DNA of 64,000 nt, taken from the NCBI GenBank assembly GCA_964016885.1, contig OZ024743.1, forward strand, positions 293,570,001 through 293,634,000, written 5' to 3'. Positions within the stretch are counted from its first letter, which is position 1, and each line of letters opens with the position of its first letter. Position numbers and translations under genes: made by a program. Shown here one piece after another: positions 56,569 through 64,000 of the stretch. Under the pieces are notes generated by a model. The model ran no database searches. It was not told the DNA's origin and saw nothing but the letters and a program-made list of their open reading frames with translations. This stretch comes from Eledone cirrhosa (Eukaryota).

Positions 56569-56895
56569 ATTTATGCTGAATTAATGAGGAATCTGCAGAT
56601 AGTCCATTCTGACTATATCTTTAGATTTGTACCCGTTATCTCGGGCGCTCTTGGGTGTGTTACTAACTGCCTCAGTACAAATCTTTAGAAGCTGGGCTTC
56701 ACAGAACCAAAAAGAGCACGGCTAATCAGGAAGTTGCAAGAACAGATCATGAATGGAACTGTAAAAATAGGTAAAACATTTCAGAAATTCAGCATGATGT
56801 AATATCTGCAAATACACATAGTTATAGAAACATAAACATATAACGCAAAACCATACAAATCGACACACACACATACGTATTTACCTAGTTGATGT
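56569..56895 (+). mobile_element. Second, shorter 3' fragment of the same R4/Dong-like family
   Basis: Aligns to 56099-56455 (IYAELMRNLQIVH...GTVKIGKTFQKF) with an in-frame stop. Confidence 0.85.
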
Positions 56896-56899
56896 CTAA

Positions 56900-59798
56900 A
56901 GTCTTCTCAGCAGAGATGTTCTGCTAGAGAACGGGTCGCAGGTGGCAGATAACGATACAGCCACCAGATATGATAACTATTTGCGATATAAGCAGGCAAC
57001 TGTCGGAAGAATAAGCAGGCCCGGACCAACATTGGTAAACTACTAGGGGAGATGGAGCAATAGGTGACATCTGTAGCTCCACAAAAAACTCTCATATACC
57101 AGTGACGTAGCTACAACGACGCGAGTAAAAGCCGCCAGTACTGGGAGGCATCAGTTGGACGCACAAAAATTGCATATCCCGAGATCCCAAAGAGAGTCCA
57201 GAAGGTAGCACAGCTTGACAATTAGAATCTGGAACATCACCACCATTACAGGTATCTAGCCGGTGTTTCCCGTGTCTGAGATCTTGTGGATTTGATTGGA
57301 GGATAGAAAATCCACAATTCAGGTGTGGCGCCAGAAATGACTACACACGTGGGAGTGGGGATACACACAATTAGGAGGGATGATTTGCCTCTTGAAGCTT
57401 AGGCTGAAAGATAGATCTCTTTGGCTGGTGCAAGTTTGTGCACCAAACAACGAGTCCAATCACAGGTCCTTCCTTGATGAGGTCACTGCAGCGTTAAATG
57501 TAATTAAGACTGAGTCATATATCCTGATAGGAGACTTCAATGCACATGTGGGCACTGACGACTTGACATGGAAAGGAGTGATTGGAAAGAATGTCGACCC
57601 CGATCTAAATACGAATGGGGAGGAGGTACCAGATTTCTGTTCTAGCAATGGACTTTGTTATGAACACCTTCTTCCAGCACAAAGGCATCAATAATATACA
57701 TGGTATAAGGGGAATCGGGGCCAGAGATCAATAATTGCTTTTGTTATTTTGATTCTGTGCTGGATGTTCGTGTTAAGAGAAGGGTTGAGCTGTCAACTGA
57801 TCACCATCTAGTTATCTGCAGCTTGAGACTAACTAAAGCCAAATAAGCCCAGAAAACTGGCAGATCCAGGGCGACATACAGGGTAAAGTGGGAAGCATTG
57901 GTAGATAAGGAATTCAGGACAAGGTATGCAGATACTATTGCATCTAAATTCAGAGAACTCCGTGAGCAAACTGAGGACGTTGAGACAGAATGGAGACTGT
58001 TCGGCTCGGTAGTTTCTGCTTCAGTTGTTAAATGCTGTGGGAAAAACCAGCTTGGTGTGGCATCTGGTGGTAGGAGGACCCCTTGGTTCAATCAAGAGGT
58101 CAAAGATGCCCTCTAAGCAAGGAAGGAGGCCTACAAAGCTTGGCTTGTAAATAAATCACCCTTCTTCAGCTTGCAGTACAAGTAGGCACTAAGAATTGTA
58201 GCAGAGATAGTAAAGGCATCCAAAGTTAAGACATGGGAGGACTTTAAGTTTAAGCTGGAATTTGACTTCAGATCAGCAAATAAAATATTCTGACAAATTA
58301 TCTGCTGACTTCGTAATGAGAAACCTTCCTCCATACCTGTTATCAAGAATGCGTCTGGGGTTCACTTCTTTTCAGAGGGGTACATCCTCGCGAAATGGAG
58401 AGAGTAGTCTTCTGATCTCCTAAACACAATCACAACAGCATATTCGGGTCTAAACGAGGTGCCTCTGAGGGTGGTGACTAATCTCTCGGAGGCTGAAGTC
58501 ACAAGGCAATTTAAAGAGCTCAAATGTGGCAAAGCCGCCGAGGAAGATGAAATCTCGTGTTAAATTCCTTAAATAGAAGAGGTATTCTCTGGCTTACTCG
58601 TGTGTACCAGATGGCCTGGATATCTGGAAAGACACCTAATGAATTGCAATCGGGAGTGATAATCCCAATTTTCAAGAAGGGAGACAAGAGAGATTGTTCC
58701 AATTACACAGGAATCTCCTTGTTGAGCTTCCTCGGTAAAGTCTATGCTAAGTGTCTGGCAAAGAGATGCAGGGAGATTGTCGAGTCCAAGATAATTAATG
58801 AACAGTTCGTTTTGCGCCCCGAACGCAGCACCGCCTACCAAATATTCACACTGCAGCACGTCCTTGAGAAATTGTGGAATTATTGTCAAGAATTATATAC
58901 TTGTTTTGTCGATCTTGAAAAGGCATATGACTGCGTTCCTCGGGATCTGCTTCGGAAGGTTCTGCAAAAGTATTAGATCGATGATCAGCTTCTTGCTGTC
59001 GTGATCTCTCTACACGTATCACCCGAGTATTTGTGTTCGGATAAATGGTGCTAAATTGAAACCATTCAATGTAGAAGTTGGGCTCCACCAAGGGTGCGTT
59101 GTGTCACTTCTTCTCTTGATTATTTACATGAACAGGGCGGTGGATTGGCAGTATCGGTAGAGGGTCGGACGCCATGCTTTGGCGCATAGAGTTACGGTCC
59201 TTGCCATTCTGAGTTAAAATCCCGCCGAGGTTAACTTTGCCTTTCATCCTTACGGGGTCAATAAAATAAAGTACCAGTAATGCACTGGGTATTGCTGGCC
59301 TTGTGCCAAAAGTAGAAACAATTATTTACATGAACAGGATAGACATGCGTAGCCGCGTTGGAAGTGGTATTATGACAGGGAGGTGTAAAATCATCAGTCG
59401 GCTGGAATTTGCTGATGACATGGTGTTACTTAACCCAGCATAAAAAGATCTCCGACTTGCTCTCGATAGGTTTGATGCCGAGAGCTGCATGGTTTGAATG
59501 AAAATCTGTGCGAAAACTGAGACACTCGTCCACTTAAGGAAGCCTGCACAGCGCACTCTACTTGTGAATAGAGATGCACTGAAACAGATAGATAAGGTCA
59601 AGTATCTCGGGTCCGTGTTAACGAGTGGTGGAAGGCAGGAAGCTGAATAAAGTGCAAGAATTGCAGGAGCTTCTGCAGCAATGTACTAGCTTCAGCATTC
59701 AGTAATCAGAAGAAGGGAGGTACTTGGAAAAGCCAAACAAGCTAACTCCAATTCGGTTTTCGTGCCAACCCTTACCTCTGGTTATGAATCTTGGGTAT
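56900..59798 (+). mobile_element. Decayed RTE-clade LINE (APE endonuclease + reverse transcriptase), Rex3/Expander-like
   Basis: WNITT, VQVCAPN, ILIGDFNAHVG, LSTDHHLV, TPWFNQEVK, IIPIFKKGD..CSNYTGISLLS, CFVDLEKAYD, GLHQGC, EFADDMVL, KYLG, GYESWV. Many stops and frameshifts. Confidence 0.9.
59137..59320 (+). mobile_element. Young full-length Deu/Nin-like SINE inserted in the RTE RT region
   Basis: 18-bp TSD attatttacatgaacagg at 59119-59136 and 59321-59338. CpGs retained. Confidence 0.9.
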
Positions 59799-61562
59799 GT
59801 CTGACAGAATTCGTGAAGTTGTTAGAGCATCGCACGAGATACCTTGCTTTGGTTCTCTGCATTCATTCTTAGTTTAAATATCACTGCTACCTAATTGGGG
59901 ATCGGCAGAATTAATCCACCAACCAGTCTCTGGGTGCTTTTAGCTGAGTCCACCTAGTAAATATTTAAACCAAGCCTCCAGTTTCAGAATGCCTCCCTTT
60001 CTCCTTTCCACCAGTCTCAGACGCTCTCAAAACGGTCATGGCCACTCACCTGCCTTCCTCGACTAAACAATAAATAGTAAAACGAAAAAAAAAAAAAAAT
60101 AATAATGATAATCTACCTTACCAGTGACACTCAATCATCAAACATTGTTTAACCTGTTATGTAATTTTCCACACAAAGATATGTGTAACTGGATTTTTTT
60201 TGACTATTTTAACCCCATTAAAGTAAATAAATATTCCTTTGTCCTTCTTCTCTCGCTCTCTTTCTCTCTGTCTCCCTCATTGTCTGTTTGTCTCAGCTGG
60301 ACACTTACTATTAATAAATTATCAAATTCTCATGGGAATTGCCTTACATTCCAGCAATAAATCTAGCTCAAATGGTAAAAGTATAGAAAAAAAAGAAAAA
60401 AAGAGAATACACAAACACACACATCTCTCTCTCTCTCTGGATATATATATATATTGCATATAAAATTGTGCCTAAAGTAGTCAAAGTATATATGTATTAT
60501 ATATGCAGAAGAGATGTATCCTAGACCGTAGATGTTTATAAATTTATACATTCTTAGTAAAGATCAACTTACAAGATCACGCCGTCGTCGGCTTGGAAGT
60601 AGTATTAGAATGTTTTTTATGCAAATAGAGTGGTTATAATCTATAACATTTTTTCTAGCTTGTATAATTATGTTTCAGCTGCAGTAATGTTAGTTATAGA
60701 TCGAACGAAATTTAGAACATTGTTAAGGGGATGTTTAGCAATAGAGGAGTATTTGTCCTTAGTATTAAATTGTAAAGATTTTATTAATAAAAGATTGAAG
60801 TCAATTTATAATTGATGGTATTTTGTTCCACGTGGTTAAAGGAGAAACCTACTTAATTTTAGGTTGGTTCTAATATGTTTACATATGTTAGATGTAATCG
60901 TAACTATAAGTCTTATAGAAAGTCAATTCTGAACATTAGCCTTATGGTTGTTGAAAGTATAATACAGGTGTTTAGGTTAGAGGTTCTACTCCAACATAAA
61001 AACCTAAGATGGAATCTATCTGTATGCGTACTAGATCAACACCTACATACGTACAATACCTGAAAACTTAAGAATTATTCTTATAAACATTAGTAATGAA
61101 ATTGTAAAAGAGTGTATGATTACATAGACACAAGTATAAAGATATACAAAAATATGTATGTATAAATACATGAAGTTACAGTGTTGAGGTAAATTACGTT
61201 AGAATACCGTGATGACTAGACAAACATTGGCAATGAATAATAGACAGTTTCTGCTACACAGCGTAGGTCGTGATCTATTAAATGCAGAAAGAGATACCTA
61301 GATATTGTCTGAAGATTTAGTTTTAAAAAAAATTAATTTAAAGATTGCACATGATTAGGAACTAGACTGTTGCGATTTGATGTCTTCTCAGACTATCTAC
61401 AGGCATGATACTGCTATCATGTGTTCGTTCTCTAAATTTATCACACAGCCATATAAACATATGTAGAGAATATTGCGACCCTCTGATAACCCAAAGCAAT
61501 CGTCTCAGTAGAATTAATTAACTTTACATATACGATATACTACTGCATATGTTGTATGTTGG

Positions 61563-61583
61563 AAGTAGCAGTAGTAGTAGTAT

Positions 61584-61646
<63 letters not shown>

Positions 61647-61663
61647 CAGCAGCAGTAGTAATA
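61563..61663. repeat. (AGT)n trinucleotide microsatellite
   Basis: Direct inspection. Confidence 0.95.
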
Positions 61664-61966
61664 ATGTATGCACACATACACACAAACACACACACATATG
61701 TGTGTGTGTGTACTTATATATATACATATAATATATATACGTATATATACATATATATACATACATATATATTCATACATATATATATATATAAATATAT
61801 ATAGATAATATATATATAGATATATAGATAATAAATATATATATATATATAGATAATATATATAGTAAGATAATGACTTAATAAATTAGTCTTTTTCCTT
61901 CATATATATAGGAAAAGAGTCATGACCCCGACGGCTGAGCTCCGACCGTTTCGACAGTTGGATCCG

Positions 61967-62009
<43 letters not shown>

Positions 62010-62140
62010 GAGGTTATATTTAATTTGTTGGGATTCAACAAGCTTTAAAAATGTTATAACTGATATAAAGCACTTAACAAGTTAGTGGAGTAAATATACA
62101 ATATATAAATAAATGGAAACTATATTTATAAAATCATAAT

Positions 62141-62206
62141 TATTTTATTATATATATTTCAAGGGCGACCAAGGTAAATTATGGTGCGTTTTCATCAGAT
62201 AAAATA
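62141..62206 (-). ncRNA. Minimal type-I hammerhead ribozyme motif
   Basis: Minus strand: UAUUUUAU CUGAUGA AAACGCACCA-UAAUUUACCU-UGGUCGCCCUU GAAA U-AUAU-A UA AUAAAAUA. Confidence 0.7.
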
Positions 62207-63059
62207 CAAATTTGTTTTATAAATAAATATTGACATACCCGGGAAAAAGACAACCTCAACGGTTGAAATTCGCTGTATAGTGGAGATAATTGAGGGTGAT
62301 ACAAAGTTGTAAGTGAGTATGCAAATGAGTGTCAGCAAAATTGAAAAAAAAACAACGGCTTATTTAAATTAAACTGTTGGAAGAAAATAGATGTAAAAGG
62401 GAGAGAGACGAAATAGATTTAAAAGGGAGAGAGACAAAATAGATGTAAAAGGGAGAGAGACAAAATAGATGTAAAAGGGAGAGAGACTAAATAGATGTAA
62501 AAGGGAGAGAGACTAAATAGATGTAAAAGGGAGAGAGACAAAACATTAAGAGGGAGAGAGATAAAGAGAACAAAAATTGAGAGGGAGAGAGATAGAGAGA
62601 AAAAATATATTGAAAGGGAGGGAGATAGAATAGTGAGATGGGAGAGAGAAGAGAATATATTTTTTTCTCTCTATCTCTCTCCCTCTCAATTTTTATTCTC
62701 TTTATCTCTCTCCCTCTCAATTTTTAGTCTCTCTCCCTTTTATATCTATTTTGTCTCTCTCCCTTTTACATCTATTTTGTCTCTCTCCCTTTTACATCTA
62801 TTTTGTCTCTCTCCCTTTTACATCTATTTTGTCTCTCTCCCTTTTACATCTATTTTGTCTCTCTCCCTTTTATATCTATTTTCTTCCAACAGTTTAATTT
62901 AAATAAACCGTTGTTTTTTTTCAATTTTTCTGACACTCATTTGCATACTCACTTACAACTTTGTATCACCCTCAATTATCTCCACTATCCAGCGAATTTC
63001 AACCGTTGAGGTTGTCTTTTTTCCGGGTATGTCAATATTTATTTATAAAAACAAATCTG

Positions 63060-63125
63060 TATTTTATCTGATGAAAGCGCACCATAATTTACCTTTGTCG
63101 CCCTTGAAATATATATAATAAAATA
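63060..63125 (+). ncRNA. Minimal type-I hammerhead ribozyme motif; predicted cut after A63117
   Basis: UAUUUUAU CUGAUGA AAGCGCACCAUAAUUUACCUUUGUCGCCCUU GAAA U-AUAU-A UA AUAAAAUA. Confidence 0.7.
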
Positions 63126-63163
63126 ATTATGATTTTATAAATATACTTTCCATTTATTAATAT

Positions 63164-63204
<41 letters not shown>

Positions 63205-63211
<7 letters not shown>

Positions 63212-64000
63212 GATAAATCTAGCAAAATGTACGGTAGTGTCCAATCCGTATGAAGAACTCAATGTAATCCGAATATCATGAAAAGAGAAGATGTATTCAA
63301 AAATTTTTTTCGATGAAAAACACAGGAAAACAGAGTCAAGATAGATTAATAAAAATAATGTATAAAAACAAAGAAACAGTTCCATATATTAAAAAATTCA
63401 TCATTTTACGATCGTTTCTAGGATATATATGTGTGTGTTGGTATGTATATCATATAGATCTATGTAAAATTTTTACAAACTATCAGAGGGAATATACATA
63501 CCTACACATATATATGCTGTCTTCAGAAATAATGATATTTGTTTATTGAAAAAAGCCAACAAAGATTTAATATAATAGGTCTGTTTGGGAACAGGTTTTG
63601 AATTGACCAATAGAAAGGTAGTAAGTGGTCAAGATGGTAGAATAGTAGTAATGGAACTTTAATTTAGGGGTAGAGGAAAGCAGATTTCAGTTTTGAATGG
63701 AAAGAGTATATTGAATGAAAAGATTATTTTGGGGATGAAAATAGGTCAAGTCGGTAAAAGGTACACGAAAATTTGATGTTATAAAAGAATAATGCTAATG
63801 TAAATATCTAAGGAGAATAAAATTTTACGATAAATGTCTTAGTGAAAAATATCAATCTTATTTAAAACATAAGGACTTTACATCTATAAAAAAGAAAATA
63901 AATTAATTAAATTGATAGGTATATTTATATTGATAAATTTATTTTAATTCATATAGATATGATAAATAAGAGTTAGATGTAATTGAAGAATGCTGTTAAA
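63205..64000 (-). pseudogene. Possible heavily decayed Penelope-type reverse transcriptase
   Basis: Minus-strand remnants in the expected order: FFIDVKSL (~63890-63870, cf. DVKSLFTN), an N-x-F-x-FN-like segment (~63730) and IPTHT (~63445, cf. YRKPTHT). Confidence 0.35.

Larger units (their letters stand above)
62007..63170 (-). mobile_element. Large fold-back Penelope-like relic (~510-bp arms, 42-bp spacer) containing a 25-bp minisatellite
   Basis: Arms 62099-62611 and 62654-63167. Unit aaatagatgtaaaagggagagagac repeated about 6 times per arm. Same outer arm and one-sided extension as the 19552 copy. (TA)n on both sides. Confidence 0.8.

Noticed and set aside
60480-61500. Non-repetitive AT-rich stretch, possibly a minus-strand LINE
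   Set aside because: No motif recognisable with enough confidence.
61524-61804. Poly-Ser/Val/Leu/Tyr ORFs
   Set aside because: They are translations of the (AGT)n microsatellite.

Overview
Very AT-rich, microsatellite-dense eukaryotic DNA. The SINE families, (TA)n/(CA)n density and intron sizes point to a coleoid cephalopod, probably an octopus (inference). The only host coding sequence I can support is the 3' end of one + strand gene: three phase-1 exons (10104-10277, 24852-24947, 40017-40378). Spliced, they encode a Thr/Pro-rich stalk, one transmembrane helix and a cytoplasmic tail ending ...VKGKTYL, resembling invertebrate class-1 transmembrane semaphorin (Sema-1a). Nearly all other ORF-track entries are microsatellite or repeat artefacts. 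The rest is transposon-derived: tRNA-SINEs, a non-autonomous Helitron, mariner/pogo/piggyBac-like MITEs, an R4/Dong-type RLE LINE in (ACAT)n, a decayed RTE LINE, and L1/Tx1-like and Penelope-like relics. The most striking signal is a family of long fold-back palindromes (19552-19964, 50826-51164, 62007-63170). Each arm carries a minimal type-I hammerhead ribozyme motif (CUGAUGA...GAAA-U-AUAU-A-UA), six copies in all, consistent with inverted pseudo-LTRs of Penelope-like elements. More decayed hammerhead-like relics occur elsewhere, including a ~320 bp hairpin at the start of the semaphorin 3'UTR. All calls were made by eye, without database searches.
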